This document shows, piece after piece, positions 29,620 through 40,800 of a stretch of 64,000 nt of DNA. Both the position numbers and the translations under genes were made by a program. The notes under the pieces are model-generated. The model was not told the DNA's origin, searched no databases, and was given only the letters and a program-made list of their open reading frames with translations. How positions within the stretch are numbered: position 1 is the stretch's first letter; the number at the start of each line of letters is the position of its first letter. The DNA comes from an uncultured Gemmatimonadales bacterium. Its GTDB lineage: Bacteria > Gemmatimonadota > Gemmatimonadetes > Longimicrobiales > Gaopeijiaceae. The DNA lies in contig CAWELD010000003.1 of the NCBI GenBank assembly GCA_963809895.1, positions 1,568,001 through 1,632,000 on the forward strand. Reading direction: 5' to 3'.

Positions 29620-32459
29620 TCTGGACCTGGAAGGGATTGGAGATCGTTCCCAGGTCCTCGTCGTCCTTGGTGAGCCAGAAGAAGTCGTAGGTACCTTCGT
29701 CGAGCGGCGCCATGGAGGGGTCGAAGGTGGCGGTGGCGGTGGCGCGCCGGTATCCCCCCATGTCCTGGATGGAGTAGTTGGCGCGTCCTGTGACGGGCAC
29801 GGCGATCTTCACCGAGTTGTCGAGCTCCACCAGTGCGAACAGCTGTGCCCAGTCGAGGTCGAAGGGATCGCCGCCCGAGCCTCCCGGGATCAGCGCCTCC
29901 AGCGTGTAGTCGGCCGTGGTGGGCACACCGGGGCAGCCGCCTCCCAGGTCGACGCACACCTTCGGGACACCGCTCAGGCCGTGAATCCAGTCCACGGTGG
30001 TGTGCGTGCCCGTGGGCGCGGTGATACCGGTGAGATCGAGGCCCCGCACGGTGAGGTTGTGGCCCACGTCCTTGGCGCCCCAGCGGAGCCCGTTCAGCGG
30101 GTGCCAGGTTCCGGTGGGCGAATAGGGCGGGTCGGCCAGCGTGCCCTGGATCGCCTGCAGGACCGGGTCGAGGGCACCGTTCAACTGGGTCGTGGTGGGG
30201 AAGGTGCCGTCGAAGGCCCGGGACAGGATGGCGAAGTTGCTCAGGTACACCTCGTCACGCCCGTCGTAGGAGTTGCCGAAGGCGCCGTAGGTGAGCTTGA
30301 GGTTGTCGGTGAGGTCCCAGCTCACCTCGAGCCGGGCGCCGATGGAGAGCTGGTCCGGATCCCAGACCAGATCGCCGAGCTCCGGCGGCTCCGGGTCGTA
30401 CACGAAGTGCGTCAGGAGGGTGTTCGAGGGATTCCAGGCCATGTCGAAGCCGCGCAGGCTGGCCGTGTACTCACCCGCTCCTCCGGAGAAGTCGGGCTTG
30501 AACCCCAGGGCCAGCGGCGTATTGAGCCGAATGAACCCGCAACTCCCTCCGAGAAGGTCCCGGTCACGCAGGCCTTCTCGTCGGTGACCCCGTCGTAGTT
30601 CCACTGGAGCTCAGGTCGAACCCGCCCAGGTAGGGGCCCGACGCCCCGCCCACGCCCGGATCGACGGGATCGTCCAGCTCGCCGCCGATGGACCAGGCCG
30701 GATCCGGATTGACGGCGAAGTCCTTGATGTAGGTGGCCCCCACCTTGAGCGAGAGGTCCGGCTTGTCCAGGTCCACGCCAAAGGCCAGGGGCTGCGCCGA
30801 GCCGTCGCGGAGGATCCGGTCACCCCGGAGTCCCGCGCGATCGTAGTAGTCCAGCCGCAGGTAGTTGCTGTAGCCGGCGGTCTGGGCGAGGTCACCGCCG
30901 GTGATCACGGGCGGCAAGGCCTGATCGAAGGGATCGGGGCCCGCGACCCACTGGCTGTAGTCGATGCCCGAGCCCTCATCGCCGAGAAGCGAGGGATCGT
31001 AGCCCGCGTTCGCCTGGGCCCAGGCCGCGAAGTCGGTGTTGGCGCCCACCCAGAAGTTGGCGCCGTAGGTGAGGTCGCCCCCGTAGATGGGAGCGGCCGC
31101 GTCCCAGTTCCACTGGGCCTGGACGTTCAGGCCGCTGCCCAGGTAGTCGGCGTAGGTGTTGCCGATCGTCAGGTCCACGGTGGACGCGTCGGAGAGCGTG
31201 GCGGTGGCACTGGAAAAGGACACGGGACCCGCGTAGCCCTTGATCCCGGCCGGCGACCCGAGGTCGGAGCGAATGATGAAGTCGACCACGCCCCCGATGG
31301 TCGACTGGTTGTAGATGGTGCCCACGGGTTCGGCCACGATCTCCACGGACTCGACCTCGAAGGGGCTCGGGTCGAAGTAGACGAAGCGGCCCGTGAACTG
31401 CCCGTCGCCGACGTTGTAGGTGGTGCCGTTCTGCCCGGTGACGGTGCCGTTCACCGGCACGCCGTCGATGTAGATGAGCGGCGGGTTCCTGAGCGTGAGA
31501 CTCGGGATGCCGCCACCGCCCCGCACGGTGGCTTCGGTGGTATTGCCGTCGACCACCAGACCCGGGGCCAACGTGACGACATCGTTGAGGGTGCGGGCTA
31601 CGGGTGTGTCGTTGATCACTTCCGTGGTGACGGTCGAGACCGGTGTGCCGACCTCTTTCTCCAGCCCACGGAGCGGCCCGGCAGCCGGTGCTCCGCTCGG
31701 TAGCGTGACCTCCTGGCTCGTCACCAGCACGTCGTCGAGGCGCACCTCGATGGTCCCGGTCATCCCCGGAGGGCCCTCCACCGTGAAGTTGGCGATGAAG
31801 ACGCCCGAGACGTCGTCGACGTCCAGGGGATCCCCGTCCAGCGTCTCCAGGCTCTCCAGGTAGAGGGCCGGCGGGGTCTCGGTGACCGTGACGTCGGCCG
31901 AGGCCTCCACGCCGGCCTGACCCGTCACGGCCGCCGTGACCGTAGCCGTCCCCGCGGCCTGCGCCGTGACCAGCCCACCGGCGTCCACCGTGGCCACGCT
32001 CTCGTCCGACGAGCTCCAGGTGACGCTCAGGCCCACGCCGCCGGTGATGGTGGCCGTGAGCTGGCCGGTCTGTCCCACCTCCAGATCGAGGCTCCCTGGC
32101 GTCACCGAGATCGAGGAGGCCTTCACCGTCACCGATGCGGTGGCGCTGGCCCCCGAGGCGGACGCGGTGATCGTGGCTGAGCCGACGCCCACGGCCGTGA
32201 CCGTCCCCGACTGCGACACCATGGCCACCTGGTTGTCCGACGAGGTGAAGGAGACCGAGCCGCCCGACCCGCCCGAAACCGACGCCGACAGGCTGGCGGT
32301 CTCGCCCACGAACAGCGACACCGAGGTCGGCGACAGGGTCACGGTCACGTCGGGCTCGTTGCCGCCTCCGTCGCCGCCACAGCCGGCGACCAGCACGAGG
32401 AGCGTGAGGGCGGCGAGTCCAGGGTCGCGGAGCGAGCCGGAGCGGGATGGAGTGCGCAT
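29561..32459 (-). CDS. Large surface lipoprotein with two Big_2 Ig-like domains (frameshifted near 30546-30612)
   Basis: LVAGC lipobox; two SSD..VA.V...G.VTA...G.ATITA repeats; reading frame continues in ORF 29561..30604. Confidence 0.75.
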
Positions 32460-32612
32460 GGCCGGGAGGGTTGGGCTGCGGATCGACTGTCACGTCCGCC
32501 CACAGTACGCCCGGCAGGGGTCTGGCGCCAAGGAAAACGATGGCCGTGGACCACCACACCGGGGCGCCCGACCACTCTCGAGCTCCGCTGATCAAGGAGG
32601 GCCGTCCACCCG

Positions 32613-32647
32613 TGAGGCCCGGCCTCCACGCTGAAGACCGGGCCTCA
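32613..32647 (-). terminator. Hairpin downstream of the LamG gene
   Basis: Minus strand TGAGGCCCGGTCTTCA-GCG-TGGAGGCCGGGCCTCA, a 16-bp stem with two G-U pairs. Confidence 0.6.
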
Positions 32648-32679
32648 ATGGCGGGCCTAAGACCGGGCGGACCAGCCCA

Positions 32680-33882
32680 TTAATTGCACACGGCCGGAAC
32701 ATCACACAATGACGCCACCTCGGCGGCGCTCAGTGCCCGGCCGTAGACCCGAAATTCGTCCAAGATGCCGTCCATCGGGTGATTGCCGCTCGAATTGTCT
32801 CCAATTGTGACCGGCGTGGAGTTGTTGTTCATCACCCCGACCAGCGTGACCTCGTCAACGAGAGTCCCATTGAGGTACATCCGGGCCGTGGACACACCGT
32901 ACACCACTGCGAAATGCGTCCAGGTACCGCCCTCCACCGCGAAGTGCTCCAAGTCACCCCCCACTCCAGTTCCACTGTAGAGGCGCGAGAAGATGAGATT
33001 CTCCGTGTAGCCCAGCGTGGCCTTATCGATTGAGAAGCTTTTCAACACGTTCTGGGATCCGAACGTATCCACGTGCTTCTCAATCAACCCACAAAACCGG
33101 GTAACGTCCAGGCATGCTGATCGAAGGTAGAACCACCCCGTGAACGTCTTCGGACCTCCATCGTCAAACGCATCCCCAACGACGATATGTCCGCCATCGA
33201 AAGACAAACCGCGACCCATTACACCAAACCGGTCAACTGCTGCAGAGACGGCGCCTGAAATCGTCCCATCATATCCGTTGCCGGACGCATCGTCGGCAAC
33301 GCCGTCCAGCGGCCAGTAAGCCAGAAGGCCATCATCTACCGCCGCACCCACCTCAACCCTGAAACGAATCTCGAGGAAAGGCTTTCCGCTGTCGTCTCCG
33401 ATGAGCAGATATTCGCCACGGGTCTCATTTCTGAGCTTCCCAGTGGCTTTGTCGACAACCAGGATGTCCGCGTACCCCAGCATCGTGCCCTCCACGGAGG
33501 CCGTCATCCGCAGCATGTCGCCATCGTTCATGTCATCGAATGGGATATACCACCGAGCGCGATACGACTCCGATGTGGACTCGTAGGAGAGTCCAGAAGC
33601 GAGATCAAAGGCCGTGAGCGACCCGACGCAGTGGCCGCCTGAGTAGAAGCAGATCTCGATGTCTGGGTCTGCGGCCGGATCAGTGATTCCCGAGTAGCTT
33701 GGCGATCCTTGGATAGTGGGAGGGAGCCAGAAGAAATGCTGGTTCCCTCCGTTGTTGGCTCCGTCCACGATCGCCCGAGCGGTGATCGGGATTCGGTACA
33801 AGTTCGGGCCCGTGGGAGCCGAGGAGTCCGTGCAAGATCCGACAATCAGGACTGCCGCCAACCCCATCGTGGTCCGCTTCAA
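32680..33882 (-). CDS. Lipoprotein with C-terminal LamG/concanavalin A-like domain
   Basis: TTG start after GAGGAGG, IVGSC lipobox, LLAYWPLDG..DASGNG, WTHFAVVY, GILDEFRVYGRALS; lower GC than flanks. Confidence 0.85.
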   Translation of the reverse strand: MKRTTMGLAAVLIVGSCTDSSAPTGPNLYRIPITARAIVDGANNGGNQHFFWLPPTIQGSPSYSGITDPAADPDIEICFYSGGHCVGSLTAFDLASGLSYESTSESYRARWYIPFDDMNDGDMLRMTASVEGTMLGYADILVVDKATGKLRNETRGEYLLIGDDSGKPFLEIRFRVEVGAAVDDGLLAYWPLDGVADDASGNGYDGTISGAVSAAVDRFGVMGRGLSFDGGHIVVGDAFDDGGPKTFTGWFYLRSACLDVTRFCGLIEKHVDTFGSQNVLKSFSIDKATLGYTENLIFSRLYSGTGVGGDLEHFAVEGGTWTHFAVVYGVSTARMYLNGTLVDEVTLVGVMNNNSTPVTIGDNSSGNHPMDGILDEFRVYGRALSAAEVASLCDVPAVCN

Positions 33883-34114
33883 TGGTGTGTCCTCCTCGGA
33901 AGGGAGCGGGAACAGACGAGTGATGCCGGACATCCTTGATTCGGACCGTCAATCTCGCGTCAAGCGAGGCTTGGCCACGATGCTCCACGAGGTCCACCGC
34001 CGCATTCAATCCGTCAGATCGCGGGCGTAAACGCCCAGCAGGCGCGGCCCTCCGCGGTCAGGATCCAGGGACGCCGAGTCTTCCGAAACTCGGGCTACCA
34101 GGGAGTGCATGAGC

Positions 34115-34236
34115 CCCTGGAACTCAGGAGGTGGAGGGCCATGTGAGGCACCGGATCAGAACGCAGCCCGGGTTACCAGTTCGGAGGCAGGCTAAAACGC
34201 CGGTGTTGCGGTGTCCACGGAAGCGAGGGAACTCCA
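34115..34236 (-). mobile_element. IS3-family-like left-end remnant
   Basis: TGGAGTTCCCTCGCTTCCGTGGACAC (34236-34211) resembles IS3-family terminal IRs; followed by a decayed PPPPEF stretch like OrfA starts; no transposase present. Confidence 0.5.
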
Positions 34237-34254
34237 GCAAAGGCCGAGAAGACT

Positions 34255-35764
34255 CTACAAGAACAACCCCATCCGCTGCTCCAGTACCTGCCGGGTAAGC
34301 ACCCCCGTGAGGTTGAACACCTCGGGGTCGAAGCCGTCCCGCTTTGCACGCGTCCGCCAACTCTCCGCCACCCACGCGAGGTTCTCAGCCGTAATCAGCG
34401 CCACGTCCGTGTCGGTGCCCGGATTCCACCTTCAACCGGGCCGCGATAGCGGCGGCACCCTCGCCGATCTCAGGGACGATCACCAGGAAGCAAGAGACCC
34501 GCGTAGCTGAATCTCGGATGTACCGCTTGAACTGCTTCAGGTGGCTCTCGGGGAAGGAGTAGACCGTCTCCTTGGACTTGTTGTCCCAGAAGAGCAGGTC
34601 CCCACTCCGCTTGAATTGCACGCATCCGTCCGGATGCTCTGAGCCGGGCAGGTCGACGAGATCAAGACCGAGCTTCTGGCGGAACAGGTAGCGCGTGGCC
34701 TCTTCAAACCCCCGCTCCATCTCGATGTCCTTCTTGACCACCTTGTTCGCGAGCAGCGTCTCTCGGTCCCGGCGAGCGAGTTCCTTGAAGAACTGATAGT
34801 AGCGTTCCCCAGGAGAGGCTTCCTCAGGCACCTCGCGGACCACGAGATTGGCGAAGTAGTCGATGAGGCGCTGGACTCGCTCACCCTTGGTGCCGCTGAC
34901 CTTGGCACCAGGCAGTGCATCGCAGAGGTCGTAGAGCTCAGAATTCGAGAGGGAATCCAGCGCCCGACTCGGGCGGAGGCCAGTAGACAGGATCCGTTCC
35001 TTCAACTCGTCCTTCGAGCCCGACTTGGGGACCCCTGCGGCTTCGAGGATCGTCGCCATCTGATCCTTCGTCATCTGAGCGACCAACTGGGTCCATGCAG
35101 CCTCGCTGAGCTCGATGCCCAACGCATCCCTGATGGCTGGAACGATTTCCTCGGGCACCACGAAGCGGCCACCGTCCAACTTGTTGCAGTAGAAGACGAC
35201 TCCGCGACGCTGGAGGTCGAGCAGCGCTTCCTTGAATTCCGATGGCGTGTGGAGTCGGTTCCCTGCCCGAGGGAAATGACCGAGTTGGGCGAGGATGGTC
35301 TGCTTCGCCCGCTCGGAGAGGCCCAGCTTCTCCCTCAGGCGCCGCAGAAGGCCCAACTCCTCTTCGGTCAGGCGTTCGTCCTCAAGAGCCACTTCAAGGA
35401 CGGCACGGAAGATCTCGACGGCCTTCGCATCTTCGTATCGGAGGGCGTCGGGGTCTGAAGCCCGCTCGATCACCTCAAGTTCGTTCGCGGTCACGGCCTC
35501 GACGACGTCCTGCTCTGCTGCAGCCGTGCCCGGACAGTTCACCAAGGTCTCCAGTATCGAAGCCAGCAACACCTGGTGAGAATAGAGCCCATCGAGTTGC
35601 AGGACCGTCGCCACGCGCTTCGGATCGGTGAGCTCTTCGGCATTCCGGAGGATGATCTCGCGAGACTTGTCCTCATCCCCCTTCTGGAAGTCCCGCGTGA
35701 AGCTGTCGATGATGCGGTGGAGATACGCCTTGGTCATGTGCTGCACAGCTTCTTCGACCCGCAT
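34255..35764 (-). CDS. TerB-like/wHTH/2xSAP/FokI-like PD-(D/E)xK nuclease (+1 frameshift at ~34419)
   Basis: GGAGG RBS; ALEDERLTEEELGLLRRLREKLGLS; two SAP-like motifs; FEEAT..HPDG..WDNKS..Y.FP..QFKRYI; shifted frame continues GTDTDVALITAENL..GLFL*. Confidence 0.75.
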
Positions 35765-35949
35765 GGGACCTCCTGGCTGCCACAGGTGGCGCGTAGGTTC
35801 TAGGGAGGACGCGGGTAGCCTACGTGTCTTCACCACACCATCGCAAGGTGGAAGGGGGCGGCCTCCTTGTCCCGAGGGGCCACCGGCCCTAGGGTATTCT
35901 CGCCCCCCTACACACAGCTTGGGCGCCACATGGTGCCAAGGAGGGTTGG

Positions 35950-36210
35950 ATGGCTGAGCTGGACCTGGAACTCGTCAGGAGCAGGCTCGCTGAGCGTCTG
36001 GCCGGATTTGATCGCTGGGATGTTCATCTCGCCGATGATCAAGTCTCCCTCGAAGGGCCCGGCCCCTGGTCACCGCATCCATGGAAGCCAGAGGCGATGG
36101 TGGATCTCATCGTCGAAGGCATTCTCTCGGCAGCCTGGTCCAGTCACTGCCAGTACTTGGCAATGCTCTTCGGGGAGGAACGAACCGGTTGCGTACCTGC
36201 TGACGAATGA
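35950..36210 (+). CDS. Hypothetical protein or gene fragment
   Basis: RBS-like GAGGG before ATG; no recognisable domain; may be a decayed longer gene. Confidence 0.3.
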   Translation: MAELDLELVRSRLAERLAGFDRWDVHLADDQVSLEGPGPWSPHPWKPEAMVDLIVEGILSAAWSSHCQYLAMLFGEERTGCVPADE

Positions 36211-36492
36211 GACTACTGCCCCCGGCCTCCTTCGGTGGTGCGGGGGCAGCCGTCCCCGAACGGCGCCCATCTTGGGCCCATCGCCGTACAGCGCGACACG
36301 ACCTATCGTATTGGACCTCGCGAGCGGGTACCGCCGCGCGCCGTACTGTCGCGGTGGGCCGGGCGTCCGGCAGGTGGGGAAATCCACGACCCGCACCGAG
36401 CTTCGAGCCGATCCACCGACACGCACCGCCACGACACTGGTGGAGTCTGGACCGGAAGCCAACTGGGCAAGCTGAGGTGTGGCGGAGGGCAC

Positions 36493-36529
36493 AAGAAAAG
36501 CGGCCCAGGCGTAAGTACCTGGACCGCTT
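36493..36529 (-). terminator. Intrinsic terminator after tRNA-Met
   Basis: Minus strand AAGCGGTCCAGG-loop-CCTGGGCCGCTT followed by TTCTT. Confidence 0.8.
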
Positions 36530-36542
36530 CACCTTCCCTGAG

Positions 36543-36616
36543 TGCCGGAGGAGGGACTCGAACCCCCGACACGCGGATTATGATTCCGCTGCTCTAACCG
36601 ACTGAGCTACTCCGGC
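36543..36616 (-). tRNA. tRNA-Met(CAT), elongator type, CCA not encoded
   Basis: GCCGGAGTAGCTCAGTCGGTTAGAGCAGCGGAATCATAATCCGCGTGTCGGGGGTTCGAGTCCCTCCTCCGGCA folds into a full cloverleaf. Confidence 0.95.
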
Positions 36617-36628
36617 GGGGAGACGAAA

Positions 36629-36657
36629 AAGCTCGACGCGGCGCCTTCGTGTGTCAA
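36629..36657 (-). promoter_or_regulatory. Probable tRNA-Met promoter
   Basis: TTGACA-N17-GAGCTT. Confidence 0.5.
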
Positions 36658-36819
36658 GATGGCGATGAGCGCGCCCGGAGCGGTGTCGGCAGCGGTGCGG
36701 GTGGCTTGCGCGCGACCCGTTCCGTCGCCACGCTCCGGGGTGAACGTAAGCCCGGTCCGGCGCGTATCTTCAAGACAGCAGACCCGTCGAATCACCCGAC
36801 CCTCCCGGGGGAGCTCACC

Positions 36820-37752
36820 ATGGATCTCGGCGCCATTCTCATTCCCGCGGCGCTCGTTGGCGGCGCCGCCATCCTCACCAGCCTCCGCATCCTCTACGAG
36901 TACGAGCGTGGAGTCGTCTTCCGCCTCGGAAAGCTGGTCCGTGCCCGGGGGCCGGGCGTCATCTTCCTGATCCCCTTCGGCGTGGAGCGCATGCGCAAGA
37001 TGGATCTGCGCATCGTGGCGCTGGACATTCCCCCGCAGGACACCATCACCAAGGACAACGTGTCGGTGACGGTGAACGCGGTGGTGTACTTCCGGGTCGC
37101 CGACCCATCCAAGGCCGTGGTGGAGATCGAGGACTACTTCTTCGCCACCAGCCAGCTCGCCCAGACCACCTTGCGATCGGTCATCGGCCAGAGCGAGCTC
37201 GACGACCTGCTGGCGGAGCGCGAGCGCATCAACGAGATCGTGCGCGAGATCATCGACGAGGGCACCGACCGCTGGGGCATCGAGGTCACCGGCGTGGAGA
37301 TCAAGGACATCGGGCTCCCCACCGAAATGAAGCGGGCCATGGCACGCCAGGCCGAGGCGGAGCGTGAGCGGCGCGCCAAGGTCATCAGCGCCGAGGGTGA
37401 GTTCCAGGCGTCCACCAAGCTGGCGCAGGCTGCCGAGGTCATCAAGAATCACCCCGCGGCCCTTCAGCTGCGCTTCCTGCAGACCGTCGTGGAGATCGCG
37501 GCGGAGAACAACTCCACCACGCTCTTCCCGATTCCCATCGACATGTTCCGACCCTTCGCGCAGAAGATCACGGGCGTCGAGGGTGGGGGATTTCCGGTGG
37601 CGGAAGGTGAGGAGGGCCAGGCCCCGGCGCTCCCGGACAGCGCGGCGCGCCAGGCGCTGGAGGACACCGCCCGCAAGGTCCTGGGCCTCGGACCGGCGCC
37701 GGAGCGCGAAGACGTTCCCGTCACCCGCGACGACGGCGACGACGAGTCGTGA
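36820..37752 (+). CDS. SPFH/band-7 stomatin-like (slipin) protein
   Basis: [40 protein letters not shown]. Confidence 0.93.
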   Translation: MDLGAILIPAALVGGAAILTSLRILYEYERGVVFRLGKLVRARGPGVIFLIPFGVERMRKMDLRIVALDIPPQDTITKDNVSVTVNAVVYFRVADPSKAVVEIEDYFFATSQLAQTTLRSVIGQSELDDLLAERERINEIVREIIDEGTDRWGIEVTGVEIKDIGLPTEMKRAMARQAEAERERRAKVISAEGEFQASTKLAQAAEVIKNHPAALQLRFLQTVVEIAAENNSTTLFPIPIDMFRPFAQKITGVEGGGFPVAEGEEGQAPALPDSAARQALEDTARKVLGLGPAPEREDVPVTRDDGDDES

Positions 37753-37879
37753 CCATGCGGTAGGCGGGTCCACGGCCTACCTTTTCCCGGCGCGCTTCCT
37801 CGGGGCGCCGCGGAGGCGGGCCCCGAGGGGCGTCCGGGCTCGGGTCCGGGCGCCTCTTCGTACTTCTGCCCCGTGTTCC

Positions 37880-40800
37880 ATGTCGTCACCCCGCACCGCC
37901 CGGGCCTTCGGGCCGGCCTTCGCTCTCGCGCTGCTCTCCTGGACCACACCGTCGCTCGCCGCCGTGTCGCGGCGGCCGGTCTCTCCGGCGGACACCCTCG
38001 CCGACCTGCGCAATCTCCTGGACACGGCCGTCGTCCTGGAGGACCGGGACGACGACGGGATCGTGGACCGACTCGACGTGCGGCTCGTTCTCGGCGCGAC
38101 CCCCACCGAGGCCGACGTGACCGCGGCCATGAACATGGCGGCCCGCCTCGGCTTCGAGACGGCCAGCTCGGACCTGGGCCTCCTGGCCGCCGACGTCCAG
38201 GATCCCTGGGACCGGCCCGTGCTGACGGTGGGACGGGGCGCGCTCGAACGCATGGGCCTGGGAGCCCTGGCCGACGATGCGACCCGCGACCTCGACCCCG
38301 GCGAGGGGGCCCTCGTACACCTGCCGTCCTCCGCCTCGCTGCCGTGGGGCGGCGCGGGCCTCGTCGGCTACGATGCCACCGGCCTGATGGCGGTCTCGGC
38401 GTACACGGCCGGACGCTACCCGGCGGTCTGGAACGTCGACGGGGACACCTGGTCCAGGGCGGCGGACAGGGTCAGCGAATTCCTCACCGCCCGCGACGTC
38501 GCTGCCACGACCTCGCTGGACCGCATCGTGGTGGCCATGGACGCGCCTGGCGTGGTCGGGGCGCGATTGACGGTGCGTCTGAGCGACACCGCGTCGTACC
38601 AGCGCGCCCTGCAGGCCTTGGAGGGGGGCGACTCGACATCGGCCGCGGACACGACCTCGGCGGACCACACGCCTCCGAAGCTCCAATCGCTGGAGGTCCG
38701 GGACGTGCGTCGCCTCGACCTGCGCCTGGTGGCACCTGGCGCCGAGCACACGGTGGTTCTCCGCCCGCGCAAGCCGTGGAACACACGCGCCGACGGCGAG
38801 CTGCGGCCCGGGCCCGACCGCACCTTCGGCCTGGCCGACCTCTACTCCATCGAGGGGCTGTTCCGGGACACCAACCGCGACCTGGTGCCCGATCAGACCG
38901 CGGCCGACCTCTCGGTCAGGGGCGCCGACGCCCCGTCGGCCCTGGTGGACCTGGCCACCCGTATCGGACTCGAGACCGCCGGGATCCGCCTTCCGCTGGC
39001 CCGGGTCGGCGGCGGCGACGGAGTTCCGGGCGCCGGGGGATTCCCCGTGATGGTGGGCACGCATCACGAGCAGATCCGGCGCCTGCGGGACCAGGGACGG
39101 CTGGCCGGCGCTCCTCCCGTCGCCGGCGAGGGCTTCGTGCAGCTCGTGGACGGGGCCTTCGACGGCCGCAGCGGGATGGTCGTGGGTGGGGCGGACGGGC
39201 GCGGCCTGGGCGCCGCGCTGGACTGGCTGGCCACCCGCGCCCCCTACCTGTGGACGTACGGCAAGGGCGAGACGCGCCTGGCGGATCTGGACACCGAGGT
39301 GCGCCGGTTCGTGCAGGCCCGGGAGGCGCCGGGACAGGTGGCGCTGGCGCTGGCGAAGCTCGACCGATGGGCCGGCCGCCTCGTCGGCGACGCCCCGGCC
39401 CGCGTCGAGGTGGAGATCGCCGCGAAGGAGATGCCCGCGGGCGTGCGGGACGTCGCGGAGGCGATGCTCCGGGAACACCTGCCCGAAAGCGACATCCAGG
39501 TGTCGACCTGGCCCACCGGCTTCGGCGTGGGCGACACCATCTTCACGCAGGACTGGGACCTGCCCTGGGAGGTCGACGAGGTGCGCCGGGTCCTGGATTC
39601 GGACGTGTATCCGGGAGTGACGGCCGGTGAGCCCGCCCGGGTGCAGATCCGGGTGAGCGAGCCCCTGGACGTGCGGGAAGCCCTGGCCGACGAGATCCGG
39701 GACGAGCTCGCACGGCGGGGCGTCGACGACCCCGAAGTCACCGTGCTCAACGCCTACAAGCAGGGCTATTCCTGGCTCCACGAGGTCGTCCTGCCGCAGC
39801 TCCGCGGGCGGGACGTGGCCGGCATCGACATCACCTACCACACCCTGGAGGAGTCCGACGAGGTGCGCTGGCAGACCATCGCCGCCGACACCCGCTGGCT
39901 GCAGGAGCTCTATCCCATCGATGCGGTGCTTGCGCGGGAGTTGGCGATTCCGGATTCGGCGGTGACCTTCCACCCCACGCGCGCCGCCGAGCCCGTGTAC
40001 ACGGTGGTGGCGCATGATGCGGAAGGACTGGAGGTGCTCCGGGAATCGTTCGATCCCCACTACGTGGTGCGCCCCTTCTTCGACCTGTTCCCGGAGTACG
40101 AGCAGGTGCGCGTGACCACGGGCTGGATCACGGCCGCGTCGGGCGCGGACACGCTGGTGGACCAGCGGGTGGTCACGGACCCGGAGCGCTTCTGGGACCG
40201 GCTCCAGACCGACACCTACCGGCGCATCACCGACTACGTGCTGGACACGCAGGACGGACGTCCCTCGCCCTCCAACGCGCCCTATTTCGACGAGTTCCGG
40301 GTGAACCTGCGCATGAGCGAGCCCAACCACCGCATCGGCGTGGACGAGGAGGTGATCAGCTCCCTCGAGGCGCTCCACGAGGACATCTACTTCGAGACCC
40401 TCACCCTCTTCGATCTCATCGGCAGCCGCTACCAGACCTCGCTGCCCTATCCCGGGCGCGTGCTGCCCTACATCGATCCCACGGGCAGCGGCCAGCCTCC
40501 CCGGGCGCACGTCACCTTCACCGGCAAGGCGCGCGGCGCCCCGGAGGTGCTCATGCGCACCTGGCAGAGCGCCGACGACCCCGAGCCCCTCCTGCAGCGC
40601 TACGCCCTCGACCCCCTGCCCTACCCGGCACCCCGGACCGTGGGCGTGACGGTGGCGGCGGGCGAGGACGGGCTCCGCCAGCTCCTGATGCGGGTGGAGG
40701 CCCGGGATTCGGTGGACCGCACCGCCGAGTTCGAGGGCCGGGCCAGCGAGGGCTCCATCGACCGGCAGTTCCCCAGCGTGGAGCTCACCCGCTCCATGCT

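Noticed and set aside
32650..36540. Intact integrative element or prophage at tRNA-Met
   Set aside because: No integrase and no duplicated tRNA 3' end were found; treated as a decayed islet.
36543..36616. tRNA-Ile2 or initiator tRNA-fMet
   Set aside because: G1-C72 is paired and the anticodon stem lacks three consecutive G-C pairs, so it is not an initiator. The acceptor stem looks elongator-Met-like; Ile2 is not strictly excluded.
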